Below are positions 20,527 to 30,458 of a DNA stretch of 58,150 bases, piece by piece; the stretch's first letter is position 1; the number at the start of each line of letters is the position of its first letter. The notes beneath the pieces are model-generated. The model was not told the DNA's origin. It worked only from the letters and a program-made list of their open reading frames with translations, and searched no databases. Origin of the DNA: Pseudomonadota bacterium (lineage in GTDB: Bacteria; Pseudomonadota; Gammaproteobacteria; Steroidobacterales; Rariloculaceae); the NCBI GenBank assembly GCA_036231525.1, contig JAZAGZ010000123.1, positions 1 through 58,150 of the forward strand, written 5' to 3'. The translations under genes were made by a program, and so were the position numbers.

Positions 20527-21554
20527 GCCAGTCCTATCCCGACAGACTCGAGCTGTTTAACGAACTGTGCACCTACGCCATCATTCAATATCTCGCGCGC
20601 GCGGGTTACACCACTCTGTGGGTCTGTAACTTCTCCAGTAACCTCCAATGCGAGCGCTGCTCCGAGAATCAACGCTTCACGATGAGCGAGGGTATCTTCG
20701 CCGCACAAGGCGTCGCGTAACCGAACAGCGTTCTCCTCTGGTTCACCACCTTCGAGGTCTTCGGCTGAGCAGCGGGAGAGCCCATAGTCTGCTGGATCGC
20801 GGACTGTTCTCTCGACTGAACCGGGGCGAACATCGAAACACAGAAAAGGGCCAACTGGCGTTGGCTCATCCCACCCCGGTGCCCCGTGGATTACTAGGCT
20901 GCGCTCAGCATTCATACCGGATAGTGTGTGTGCCATTAGCTCCGCCATCGATTCGCTAAAAGCTCCAATAACATGAAAAGCAGGTTGCGCCGGGTTTGCT
21001 AATGGTCCCAGGATGTTGAAGATTGTCCGAACACCTAATGCCACACGTACTGGTGCAATAGTCTTCATTGCGGGGTGATAGTAAGGTGCGAAAAGGAATG
21101 TGAAGCCCAACGTTTTCAAGCAAGCTGCGGTTTGTTGATTGTCTAACGGTATGGGTAGCCCTAGCGCTTTTAGCACGTCAGCGCTGCCGGAGCGACTCGA
21201 GATCGAACGATTTCCATGTTTCAGTACCTTTACACCGCAGGCGGCTGCTAACAGGGCGCTGCCCGTTGAGAGGTTCAGACTCCCTGAACCATCTCCTCCG
21301 GTGCCAACAATATCCACATAAGATTCACCCTCGGGGATAGAGGGTTGAACTGCCAGTTCTCGCATGGCTAGAGCAAATCCTCTAATTTCAGCGGCTACTT
21401 CCCCTTTTGAGCGCAACGCAATGAGTAGTCCGCCAGCTAACGGAGCGGGCAAATCCCCGCTAGCCATCTCGCGCAATATGGAAGCGGACTCCTCCTCGGT
21501 GAGGTTGGTTCCCGCTAAAATTTTCTCAAGCATTTTGACAGCGTGTGAACTCAT
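20523..21554 (-). CDS. trpD: Anthranilate phosphoribosyltransferase
   Basis: [40 protein letters not shown]. Confidence 0.97.
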   Translation of the reverse strand: MSSHAVKMLEKILAGTNLTEEESASILREMASGDLPAPLAGGLLIALRSKGEVAAEIRGFALAMRELAVQPSIPEGESYVDIVGTGGDGSGSLNLSTGSALLAAACGVKVLKHGNRSISSRSGSADVLKALGLPIPLDNQQTAACLKTLGFTFLFAPYYHPAMKTIAPVRVALGVRTIFNILGPLANPAQPAFHVIGAFSESMAELMAHTLSGMNAERSLVIHGAPGWDEPTPVGPFLCFDVRPGSVERTVRDPADYGLSRCSAEDLEGGEPEENAVRLRDALCGEDTLAHREALILGAALALEVTGEVTDPQSGVTRAREILNDGVGAQFVKQLESVGIGLA

Positions 21555-22159
21555 TTTTGCTCCCTACCGACTTTCGCCGCGTTCTGTTCCGGGTAGAGAA
21601 AATTTTCAAGTAATGTTGGTCCGTCCGGCGTCAGGATACTCTCCGGATGGAACTGTACGCCCTCCACTGGCAACACTTTATGGCGGACGCCCATGATCTC
21701 GCCCTCCTCCGTTCTGGCGGTTACTTGCAAAACGTCAGGTATTTGTTCTCGGTGTGCCGCAAGGGAGTGATAGCGTCCGGCATCGAAAGGATTGGGAAGC
21801 GCTCTATATAAGGTTTCGCCATCGTGGTCTATCCGGGAGGTTTTTCCATGCATCAGCATGCCTGCTGCCACAATCTCCCCGCCGAAGTGCTCGACTATAC
21901 ATTGGTGACCAAGGCAGACACCAAGCACGGGAATTTTCCCTGCAAAGTTGTCAATCATCGCGAGCGACACCCCAGCATCGGATGGGCGGCCCGGACCAGG
22001 GGAGATCACTAAGTGGGTTGGGTCTATTTTTGTGGCTGCAGTTATGTCTATCGCATCGTTACGGTGTACTGATACTCCTGCTTCAAGAATCAGAAAAGCC
22101 TGCACCAGGTTGTAGGTGAAGGAGTCATAGTTATCTATCAAAAGAAGCCGTGCGCTCAC
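21551..22159 (-). CDS. trpG: Anthranilate synthase component II (glutamine amidotransferase)
   Basis: [37 protein letters not shown]. Confidence 0.96.
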   Translation of the reverse strand: MSARLLLIDNYDSFTYNLVQAFLILEAGVSVHRNDAIDITAATKIDPTHLVISPGPGRPSDAGVSLAMIDNFAGKIPVLGVCLGHQCIVEHFGGEIVAAGMLMHGKTSRIDHDGETLYRALPNPFDAGRYHSLAAHREQIPDVLQVTARTEEGEIMGVRHKVLPVEGVQFHPESILTPDGPTLLENFLYPEQNAAKVGREQK

Positions 22160-23586
22160 AGTCCCTTCTCCACAATTTCCAGCGCCCGCTTCAGAATGGC
22201 GCTTTTTGAGAGCACCTCCTGGTACTCACGTTCTGGGTCGCTGTCGGCAACGATGCCGGCACCTGCTTGGAAGCTATATTCGTTACCATTGAAGACCATT
22301 GTGCGGATGGTAATGGCCTGGTCCATATTGCCGTTCTTTGACAGGTAGCCAACAGTGCCGCCGTAAAGACCTCTACTAATCGGTTCCATCTCCGAGATCA
22401 ATTCCATTGCTCGGACCTTTGGTGCACCGACTAGGGTTCCGGCAGGAAAAGCTGCTGCGAACAAATCTAGAGCGTCATGCTCTTCCGACAGTTTGCCTCG
22501 CACGCCGCTCACGATGTGCATGACATGGCTATAACGCTCGATTTTCTTATAAGGTTCGACGTGAACAGAACCTGCTTTGGCAACCCTGCCTAAATCATTT
22601 CTTGCCAGGTCGACCAGCATGACATGTTCAGCATTTTCCTTTGGATCTGCGAGCAATTCGGTTTCGAGCATAGCATCCAATTTTGAGGTTTCTCCCCGGG
22701 GCCGAGTTCCAGCGATTGGCCTGAGCGAGGCTTCCTGCTGGTCTAATCGTACTAGCGCTTCGGGAGAGGACCCTGCGACCTTAAGATCACCAAGTTCAAA
22801 AAAATACATGTAAGGCGATGGGTTCAGGAGACGCATCGCTCGGTAACACTGGAAGGGGTCTACATCCGTCACCCCTGAAAAACGGATGGAAAGAACAATT
22901 TGGTAGATGTCTCCGGCGGTGATGTGAGCTTTGCAGCGCTCTACTCCAGCCATGTACTCTGCTTTATTCAAGCTATCCGTCGCTTTCGAAAAGCCTCGTT
23001 TTTTTGGCTGATCCGAGCGACGAGAATGAGTACGGCGATCAATACTTTGGTGCAATGCGTGGACAATCTGAGCGCGTAACTGTTGCCGTTCGTTTTCGGT
23101 TCCCGAGTGGAGTAGCGCCACTCTACGCGTGAGATGGTCGAATACGAGTAAAGATGTTGGTGCTACCAGCGCTGCTTGCTGTAATCCACTGAGCTCTGCC
23201 TGGTTTGGGGGGAGCCTCTCGAAATAACGTACGACGTCATAACCATAAGCCCCGACCAGACCGCCAGAGAAGGGAACGCTATCGATCTTAGGGTATAACT
23301 CGGGGGATCGATCCAGCGTTTCGCGTAACACCGAGAGCCACTCTGACCCACTTTCCGGCCGTTGTGATTTCTGTCCATCCACCACGAGTCGGTCCGCGTA
23401 AAGTTCCAAGGTTGGTCCGGGGCCTAATCCAAGGAACGAATAACGCGCTAGGCGTTCACCGCCCTCAACACTTTCCAGAAGGAACCGTGGTTCAAGAGCA
23501 GAAACGTGGTGGGCCTCTTGTTTAAGCTTTAGATATGCCGATACTGGTGTATCTAGATCTGCAGCGATGTCAAATGGTGCTTGCAT
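22156..23586 (-). CDS. trpE: Anthranilate synthase component I
   Basis: DLDTP, LLES (Trp feedback site), [40 protein letters not shown]. Confidence 0.97.
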   Translation of the reverse strand: MQAPFDIAADLDTPVSAYLKLKQEAHHVSALEPRFLLESVEGGERLARYSFLGLGPGPTLELYADRLVVDGQKSQRPESGSEWLSVLRETLDRSPELYPKIDSVPFSGGLVGAYGYDVVRYFERLPPNQAELSGLQQAALVAPTSLLVFDHLTRRVALLHSGTENERQQLRAQIVHALHQSIDRRTHSRRSDQPKKRGFSKATDSLNKAEYMAGVERCKAHITAGDIYQIVLSIRFSGVTDVDPFQCYRAMRLLNPSPYMYFFELGDLKVAGSSPEALVRLDQQEASLRPIAGTRPRGETSKLDAMLETELLADPKENAEHVMLVDLARNDLGRVAKAGSVHVEPYKKIERYSHVMHIVSGVRGKLSEEHDALDLFAAAFPAGTLVGAPKVRAMELISEMEPISRGLYGGTVGYLSKNGNMDQAITIRTMVFNGNEYSFQAGAGIVADSDPEREYQEVLSKSAILKRALEIVEKGL

Positions 23587-23607
23587 CAAAGTGATTCTCT
23601 AGCCTCT

Positions 23608-23648
23608 ATAAATAAAAAACCCATCTCCGGAGGTACGGAGACGGGTTT
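23608..23648 (-). terminator. Intrinsic terminator of the trp attenuator
   Basis: Minus-strand RNA AAACCCGUCUCCG-UACCUC-CGGAGAUGGGUUU (13-bp stem, one G-U) followed by UUUAUUUAU, just upstream of trpE. Confidence 0.92.
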
Positions 23649-23722
23649 GCATGGTCGAAACGGACTCTTAGGCCAGATTACGCGCGCAGTACCCTCTCCG
23701 CTGGTGAGCCTCGCCACCAGCG
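23635..23722 (-). promoter_or_regulatory. trp attenuator alternative hairpins (pause hairpin and antiterminator)
   Basis: CGCUGGUG (23722-23715) pairs with CACCAGCG (23706-23699). GCGGAGAGGGU (23701-23691) can pair with ACCCGUCUCCGU (23646-23635), the terminator 5' arm. Confidence 0.85.
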
Positions 23723-23758
23723 CTGTACCCGGGAATGACTGCTTGCAGGTCCGCTCAT
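23678..23758 (-). CDS. trpL: trp operon leader peptide, 26 aa: MSGPASSHSRVQRWWRGSPAERVLRA
   Basis: ATG 23758 to TAA 23678; tandem TGG TGG at 23719-23714; followed by antiterminator and terminator. Confidence 0.88.
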   Translation of the reverse strand: MSGPASSHSRVQRWWRGSPAERVLRA

Positions 23759-23765
23759 GGCGGGG

Positions 23766-23795
23766 AGTATGTCCCCAGGCGCTCTTGAGGGTCAA
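23766..23795 (-). promoter_or_regulatory. Putative sigma70 promoter of the trp operon
   Basis: TTGACC (23795-23790), 18-nt spacer, CATACT (23771-23766); 7 nt between the -10 element and the leader ATG. Confidence 0.65.
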
Positions 23796-23818
23796 GCTTG
23801 CAGAGGCTCTGTTACGCC

Positions 23819-25633
23819 CTATAGCCCATACAGGAGGGGCAGAACGACCGAGAAACCAAGCCACATGATGAGAGCTAAAGGCAAACCAGCCCTGAGAAAA
23901 TCGGTGGATTTGTAGCCGCCTGCCGATAGTAGGAGCAAGTTAGTCTGATAGCCAAAAGGAGTTGCGTAACTCATGTTGGCCCCAAAGATTACCGCAAGGA
24001 TGAACGGCTCCGGCGAGACTCCGAGTTGATCTGCAATCTGTATAGCAACTGGTGCGCCAATCACGCCAGTGGCGTTGTTAGAGACGATATTGGTAAAAAT
24101 TGCCATGACTAACATCAAAACACTGAGAATCACTGGTATTGGTAATCCCTCCACGCCGGCAACCAGCAATTGGGCGAGATAAAGTGCACCACCTGTCTCG
24201 GTCATCGCTATGCCCAACGCCAAGCTTGCAACGATGACCATAATTACCTGTGGTGACAAAGCGCCTGATGCGTCACTCCAGCGGAGGCAGTGAGTTACCA
24301 ACATCAAACCGACGCCCGTCACCGCAGCAGCAGAAATCGGCATGATGCCCAGCGCAACCGCTAGAACCACGATTGTCATGATCACTACGGCACGTGGCGC
24401 GCGATGGGTGTAGGGGAGGTTAGTAGTACCGTCAAGTACTAGAGCAGTGTTTGAGCGTTTTAGTTGTTCTAGCTGGTGGGTAGTTCCCTGTACCAGCACA
24501 ATATCACCAGCGCGTAGGGAAGTTGCGCCAATATCGCTGGAGATTTCCTCTAGGTCGGAGCCATAGGCGCGATGAAGTGCCAGTGGTAAGAGCCCCGTTC
24601 GCTGTGCGAATCTGCTGCCTAAAAGACTTGCGCGGTACAGCATGGAATCACGTGTAACAACAATTTCTGCTAAGTGTTGAGGTTCTTCATCTTCCTGTTC
24701 CGTTCTGTACCCGCTGTGCAAAGTGGCTCCTATTTGCTTTTCGAAACGCTTGAGGCGCTCTGGCATATCCCGAACTGCAAGCCGGTCACCTTCGCGTATC
24801 GTTACTGATGGGAGTCTGGTAACCGACAGGTCTTCGCCTCGATCGATCCGATCAACACGCATCTCGTTATCGGTGAGCGCTAAACACTCGGCAAAGCTTT
24901 TTCCACAAATCGCACTATCTGCGTCGACGTAAAAAAGCGCACTGAAAACTCTTGGTGCGGTGTCAGATAGTGGGGCCTTCCGTTCAGGCAGAAGCCGGGG
25001 TGCCACCAGCCAGAGGTATGCTAAGCCAAAGCTACCGACGATCAGAACGGGGAGAGCAAAATCGAACATCCCCAGTTGTGTAACGCCTTGGTCTGCGGCA
25101 ATGGAGACAACGATCAGATTCGTTGAAGTGCCAATGGTGGTAGCCATGCCTCCCACCAGGGTCGCTAGTCCGACGGGCATTAGTATGGAAGACGGTGAAA
25201 GCTGGTTTCGCACCGCAACGCCGACAAGCATCGGCAACAACATAATGACGATAGGTGTGTTATTTAAAAATGCACTTAAAACAGCGCTAATGACTATTGT
25301 GCCAAGGCTTGCTAAACGAGGGCGCACCATCCAGGCTTTGGCAAGAAAAATTGCTAGAGGTTGCAATGCCCCGGTGGTTTCGAGTCCCTTACCCATGATC
25401 ATCAGCGCGCAGACAGCAATGAGTGCTTCATGACCGAATCCAGTAAGAAACGTGGTCGGTGCCAGCGCTTCACCATCAGCTTCGTATGGGTACAGTTGGA
25501 AGCTCGTGATCAGGATGACGAGTATCGCTAGGCCTGATGCCTCCAGAGGAAGCCGGTCCCGGGTGAATAGATACAGCGCAAATCCAGTCAGTAGCAGTAC
25601 GAAGATGCCATGGTTGTCGGGGAGGTTGGGCAC
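23819..25633 (-). CDS. SLC13-type di/tricarboxylate or sulfate permease with TrkA-C domains
   Basis: SAFLNNTPIV, TTIGTSTNL, soluble central region with two RCK_C-like repeats, TNIVSNNAT, ATPFGYQTNLL. Confidence 0.9.
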   Translation of the reverse strand: MPNLPDNHGIFVLLLTGFALYLFTRDRLPLEASGLAILVILITSFQLYPYEADGEALAPTTFLTGFGHEALIAVCALMIMGKGLETTGALQPLAIFLAKAWMVRPRLASLGTIVISAVLSAFLNNTPIVIMLLPMLVGVAVRNQLSPSSILMPVGLATLVGGMATTIGTSTNLIVVSIAADQGVTQLGMFDFALPVLIVGSFGLAYLWLVAPRLLPERKAPLSDTAPRVFSALFYVDADSAICGKSFAECLALTDNEMRVDRIDRGEDLSVTRLPSVTIREGDRLAVRDMPERLKRFEKQIGATLHSGYRTEQEDEEPQHLAEIVVTRDSMLYRASLLGSRFAQRTGLLPLALHRAYGSDLEEISSDIGATSLRAGDIVLVQGTTHQLEQLKRSNTALVLDGTTNLPYTHRAPRAVVIMTIVVLAVALGIMPISAAAVTGVGLMLVTHCLRWSDASGALSPQVIMVIVASLALGIAMTETGGALYLAQLLVAGVEGLPIPVILSVLMLVMAIFTNIVSNNATGVIGAPVAIQIADQLGVSPEPFILAVIFGANMSYATPFGYQTNLLLLSAGGYKSTDFLRAGLPLALIMWLGFSVVLPLLYGL

Positions 25634-25762
25634 TAGCTGATCTTTTTTACTTGCCTATTTCCCTTAATGATACGGCTTAAAGATCATGGCCACACTTGAC
25701 ACTCAGCAACCGAGCCTAGAGGCTAGCGCGGCTTTGTCCAACGTTCCCAAAATGACCCGCGA

Positions 25763-27598
25763 ATGCTGAGAGATCCCGCAAATCAGGATATCTCGTTTGA
25801 GAGCTATTTAGGGGTCTTTCAATACAGCCAGAGAGCTGTACGACTGGTCTGGTCTACTCACAAAGGGCTCACAATAGCTCTTGCGATATTCACATTAACC
25901 GCTGGCGTACTTCCGGCATGTGTTGCCTATGTGGGGAAGCTCATAGTTGATGCCGTTGTCGCTCAGATCGGTGTCGTTAATATTGGAGGTGAGGCGGAAT
26001 ACTCCACAGCCCTCTTCTGGGTCGTTGTGGAAGGCATTCTTGTTGCGGGATTGGTTGGTGTTCAACGCGCTATTGGGTTCTGTCAAGCGCTACTTCGAGT
26101 TTTGCTCAGTCAACGGGTCAATGTTCTCATTCTGGAAAAGGCATTGACACTGGAGTTGGCTCAGTTCGAGGATTCCGAGTTCTATGACAAGCTAAACAGA
26201 GCTCGGCAAGAGGCTTCCAGCCGACCGCTCAGTCTGGTTAATCGAACCTTCGGTCTTGCACAACACGGTATATCACTGGTGAGTTACGGAGGGTTGCTAC
26301 TGCAGTTTTCCCCCTGGGCGGTGTTAATACTCGTTGCCGCGGGCCTTCCTGCATTTGCTGCGGAAACAACTTTTTCTGGTGAACGATTTCGTGTTTTCAA
26401 GCGCCGCTCCACGGAGCGCCGAATGCTGATGTATTTGGAAATGGTATTGGCACGTGAGGATCACGCGAAGGAGGTTAAGTTATTCACGCTTGGGCGCGAA
26501 CTCTTGAGTCGATACCGGAAGATTTTCAACCGCCTCTACGAAGAGGACCGGAAGCTTGCCATCCGGCGCGACGGATGGGGATTTGCATTGGGACTCTTCG
26601 GCAATGTTGCTTTCTACGGCACCTATGCCTGGATCGCTATCTCGACCATTGAGGGTGCAATATCCATTGGAGAAATGACGATGTACCTGTTGGTTTTCAA
26701 ACAGGGTCAGGCGGCAGTTTCTTCGATGTTGACTTCTATCGGCGGTATGTACGAAGACAATCTGTACTTATCCAATCTTTATGAGTACCTAGAACAGGCC
26801 ACTCCTAAATTAGGTGGAACAGTCGGCATCGGTTCTGACCCTGAGGCTGGCCTCGTGTTTGAGGATGTGACCTTCACTTATCCCGGGGCAGACTATCCGG
26901 CTGTCCGGAGTGTGAATCTCAAAATACGTCCTGGTCAGAGCGTGGCGATTGTTGGTTTGAATGGCTCGGGGAAGACTACGCTCATCAAGCTCATGGCGGG
27001 GCTCTATGCCCCAGATACCGGCACCATTCATTATCGGGGCACGGACCTCGCCGACTGGGATTCGCTAAAACTACGAAATTCCATTGGAATTATTTTCCAG
27101 GACTTTAATCGGTACCAGCTTCAGGTAGGTGAAAATATAGGGGCCGGTGACGTTCGGCATATGTGGGAGGATGAACGTTGGGCCGATGCTGCAACGAAAG
27201 GCAAAGCAGCGAACTTTATCAACAAACTACCAGAGCAATATCACACGCAGTTGGGTCGTTGGTTTAATAAAGGTCAGGAGCTTTCTGGTGGCGAATGGCA
27301 GAGAGTCGCGTTGTCTCGGGCTTTCATGCGTACCGGAGCGGACATACTCGTTCTTGATGAGCCTACCGCGTCCATGGACTCCCAGACAGAGGCAGAAATC
27401 TTTGATCACTTCCAGTCTCTGACCGCGGATAAGATTGCGATCCTGATTTCTCATCGATTTTCGACCGTTCGTAGAGCAGAGTTAATTTTAGTCATGGACG
27501 AGGGTGAGATTATCGAGCGAGGCAGCCACGAAGAGCTGCTGATGCTGGAGGGACAATACGCTCGACTCTTTGAGCTCCAAGCACGAGGTTATAGGTAG
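25763..27598 (+). CDS. ABC transporter, fused permease and ATP-binding domains
   Basis: N-terminal TM region; Walker A GLNGSGKTT; LSGGEWQR; LVLDEPT; ISHRFSTVR. Confidence 0.92.
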   Translation: MLRDPANQDISFESYLGVFQYSQRAVRLVWSTHKGLTIALAIFTLTAGVLPACVAYVGKLIVDAVVAQIGVVNIGGEAEYSTALFWVVVEGILVAGLVGVQRAIGFCQALLRVLLSQRVNVLILEKALTLELAQFEDSEFYDKLNRARQEASSRPLSLVNRTFGLAQHGISLVSYGGLLLQFSPWAVLILVAAGLPAFAAETTFSGERFRVFKRRSTERRMLMYLEMVLAREDHAKEVKLFTLGRELLSRYRKIFNRLYEEDRKLAIRRDGWGFALGLFGNVAFYGTYAWIAISTIEGAISIGEMTMYLLVFKQGQAAVSSMLTSIGGMYEDNLYLSNLYEYLEQATPKLGGTVGIGSDPEAGLVFEDVTFTYPGADYPAVRSVNLKIRPGQSVAIVGLNGSGKTTLIKLMAGLYAPDTGTIHYRGTDLADWDSLKLRNSIGIIFQDFNRYQLQVGENIGAGDVRHMWEDERWADAATKGKAANFINKLPEQYHTQLGRWFNKGQELSGGEWQRVALSRAFMRTGADILVLDEPTASMDSQTEAEIFDHFQSLTADKIAILISHRFSTVRRAELILVMDEGEIIERGSHEELLMLEGQYARLFELQARGYR

Positions 27599-27636
27599 GG
27601 TCCTAGGGTACAATTCGCCGCTTCAACGAGGCCCTC

Positions 27637-30378
27637 ATGTCTATACCCCCATCAGAAACTGTCCGTCGCGCTGATATCTTTTTCGCGGAAAAGGACCAAG
27701 CACTGAAAAGAGACGTTCGACGTCTAGGGGAACTGGTCGGCGAATTGGTCAAGGAGCAGGGAGGCGAAGCTCTGTTTGATTTAGTTGAAGCAGCGCGCAG
27801 GGCTTCAATCGCACACAGGGAAGGGAACACGGATGCGCTTGAGGAGCTGCAAACTCTGCTTTCTGCTTTGGCGCCAAGTATCGCGAGAGATTTTATCCGC
27901 GCCTTCTCGACCTATTTTCAAATGGTCAACATGGCCGAGAAGGTACACCGTATTCGGCGTCGTCGCGCTTATCTCATAGACGCTAAAACTCCCCAACCTC
28001 TGGGCTTCATTGATACTCTAAACAAGCTGAAAGATGCTGGTGTGGGAGTTTCGGAGGTTGAGGAAGCGTTCCGCAAGATTTCTGTGGAACCCGTTTTTAC
28101 TGCCCACCCAACCGAGGCGAGTCGCAGGACTCTCCTGAGAAAGCAGCAGAATATCGCCCACCACCTTGTGGAGATGCTTGATCCTTATCTAACCCCCCAA
28201 GAAGTGCGGGCCACTCTGGACAGGATACGCCAGGAGATGACATCTGGGTGGCAGACCGAAGAACACCCTCAAGCACATATGCGCGTTGCAGATGAAGCCG
28301 AACACGCGTTGTTTTTCTTGACCGACGTTTTATATCAGATGATCCCCTTATTTTACGAAGCTCTCGAGGAGGCTACTGGTACTGTTTTCCCCAATCATGC
28401 TGGACAGATTCGCTTGGGGACGTTGGTCAAATTTGCATCGTGGGTGGGTGGAGATATGGACGGTAATCCGAATGTAACCGCTAAAAACATTCGTGAAACT
28501 CTTGCACGCCAAAGGGCGCTGATACTGGATCTCTACTATAAAGAATGCTTGATCCTCGCTAGGCAACTGAGTCAGAGTGAGAGCCGCGTAGATGTTAGCT
28601 CAGAGCTTGAGAAGCAAAGCGAAGTCTACGCAGGGCATTTTCCGAAGGCCGCACACTCCATTCCAGCCAGGCACCGGGAAATGCCTTATCGAGTCTTTCT
28701 GCGTCTGATGGCAGCCCGTTTGCAGGCAACATATGACGATAGCGCCTTCCCGTACGAGTCGCCAGATGACTTTATCCAGGATATTGAGATCATTGAGGAT
28801 AGTTTGCGGGCTAACAAGGGACGTAACGCAGGATTATTTTCCCTTCATAGACTGCGTACGCGAGCAGAAACTTTTGGATTCCACATTGCAACCCTTGACG
28901 TTCGTCAGAATGCTCTAGTTCACCGGCGAGTTATCGGAGAAGGTCTTCAGGAGGAGGGATGGCTCGACCGAACTTCCGAAGCCCGTACAATTCGATTGAA
29001 GGAGGCGCTCGAACGTCGAGAGTCACCTGTATCCTCTTTATCATCTGAGGGGCGACGAACACTCTCTGTGTTTCAGGCGATTGCCTACTGCCGACGAAAA
29101 TATGGCATCAACGCGATCGGACCGTATATCGTCAGTATGACTCACGGTCCCGACGATGTGCTTTCAGCACTACTGTTAGCAAAGTGGGGAGACCTGGGAT
29201 CCAAAGGTGCTCCTGTTCCTTTGGATGTGGTACCTCTGTTCGAGACGGTGGAAGACTTGGAGAATTCTCCTACCATCATGGAAGGGCTGCTTACGGACGA
29301 AATTTATCGTTCGCATCTTGATCATCGAGATTCACACCAAATGATCATGATTGGCTATTCCGACAGTAATAAAGATGGTGGTTTGGCTGCTGCTCGCTGG
29401 ACTCTACACAATGCGCAGCGCAATTTGGTAGACGCGGTTGAAAAATTTGATGTGAAGCTAACACTGTTCCACGGCCGCGGCGGCACAGTGAGTCGGGGTG
29501 GTGGACGGTTACATGAGGCAATTCTCGCTGCGCCCACCGGGGTTGTAACAGGGCGGCTCCGCATGACGGAACAGGGCGAGATGATAAATGCGAAGTATGG
29601 GCTACACACTATTGCTTTGCGCTCGCTTGAGCAGACGGTGAGTTCGATGTTAGCCGTAACGGCTAAACCCCATGAGCCTCCAAAAATAGCATCAAGTTGG
29701 CGGAAAATTATGAGTGAGATTGCAGCTGCAAGTCGCGCAGCCTATGAGGACATGATTTACGATCGGCCCGAATTCCCGGCTTATTTTCGTGATGCAACAC
29801 CTATCGATGTTATCGAACGACTGGGCATAGGATCTCGACCAAATTCGCGCGGCGATCTCGGTAGTTTGGAACAACTACGTGCTATTCCATGGGTATTTGC
29901 TTGGACTCAAAGCCGACTCATATTGCCGGGGTGGTTTGGACTGGGGACGGGACTCGAACACGCGCTGGCGAAGTTTGGCGAAGAGACCCTTCGGGGCATG
30001 CTAGCAGAATGGTATTTTTTCAGGGTGCTACTTTCGGATGTGGAGGTGGTGTTGGGGAAGGCTGATGTGGAAATTGCGGAGTTATATTCAAAACTTGCGG
30101 GCCCTCTTCACGATATTTTCTTTCCAGCGATACGTTCCGAGCACGACCGCTGCGTCGAGTTGGTGCTGCAAATAACAGGCCAGACAAAACTGCTCGAGAA
30201 AGATGATACCTTGCGAAGGGCGATTCGACTTCGAAATCCCTACGTTGATCCAATGAGTTTGCTTCAGGTGGATCTTCTAAAACGCTGGCGTGAGGGTGGT
30301 CGCACTGACGATTCTGTTTTGCAAGCGCTTATGGTGAGCATCAATGGTATAGCGCATGGCATGCAGAACACTGGCTAG
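27637..30378 (+). CDS. ppc: Phosphoenolpyruvate carboxylase
   Basis: VFTAHPTE, SWVGGDMDGNP, MIGYSDSNKDGG, FHGRGGTVSRGGG, LRAIPWVF, C-terminal MQNTG. Confidence 0.97.
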   Translation: MSIPPSETVRRADIFFAEKDQALKRDVRRLGELVGELVKEQGGEALFDLVEAARRASIAHREGNTDALEELQTLLSALAPSIARDFIRAFSTYFQMVNMAEKVHRIRRRRAYLIDAKTPQPLGFIDTLNKLKDAGVGVSEVEEAFRKISVEPVFTAHPTEASRRTLLRKQQNIAHHLVEMLDPYLTPQEVRATLDRIRQEMTSGWQTEEHPQAHMRVADEAEHALFFLTDVLYQMIPLFYEALEEATGTVFPNHAGQIRLGTLVKFASWVGGDMDGNPNVTAKNIRETLARQRALILDLYYKECLILARQLSQSESRVDVSSELEKQSEVYAGHFPKAAHSIPARHREMPYRVFLRLMAARLQATYDDSAFPYESPDDFIQDIEIIEDSLRANKGRNAGLFSLHRLRTRAETFGFHIATLDVRQNALVHRRVIGEGLQEEGWLDRTSEARTIRLKEALERRESPVSSLSSEGRRTLSVFQAIAYCRRKYGINAIGPYIVSMTHGPDDVLSALLLAKWGDLGSKGAPVPLDVVPLFETVEDLENSPTIMEGLLTDEIYRSHLDHRDSHQMIMIGYSDSNKDGGLAAARWTLHNAQRNLVDAVEKFDVKLTLFHGRGGTVSRGGGRLHEAILAAPTGVVTGRLRMTEQGEMINAKYGLHTIALRSLEQTVSSMLAVTAKPHEPPKIASSWRKIMSEIAAASRAAYEDMIYDRPEFPAYFRDATPIDVIERLGIGSRPNSRGDLGSLEQLRAIPWVFAWTQSRLILPGWFGLGTGLEHALAKFGEETLRGMLAEWYFFRVLLSDVEVVLGKADVEIAELYSKLAGPLHDIFFPAIRSEHDRCVELVLQITGQTKLLEKDDTLRRAIRLRNPYVDPMSLLQVDLLKRWREGGRTDDSVLQALMVSINGIAHGMQNTG

Positions 30379-30458
30379 ACGAGCTATTAAATGTGTTGGC
30401 TTGCGGGGTAATTTAGCCACAGATGAATAGTGTAAGCTCCTCGGTCGTGTCGAGTAAG

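Noticed and set aside
23581-23868. ORF-track entries of 92 aa (-) and 95 aa (+) upstream of trpE
   Set aside because: They overlap the attenuator, promoter and SLC13 3' end and have no motifs; the 26-aa leader explains the region.
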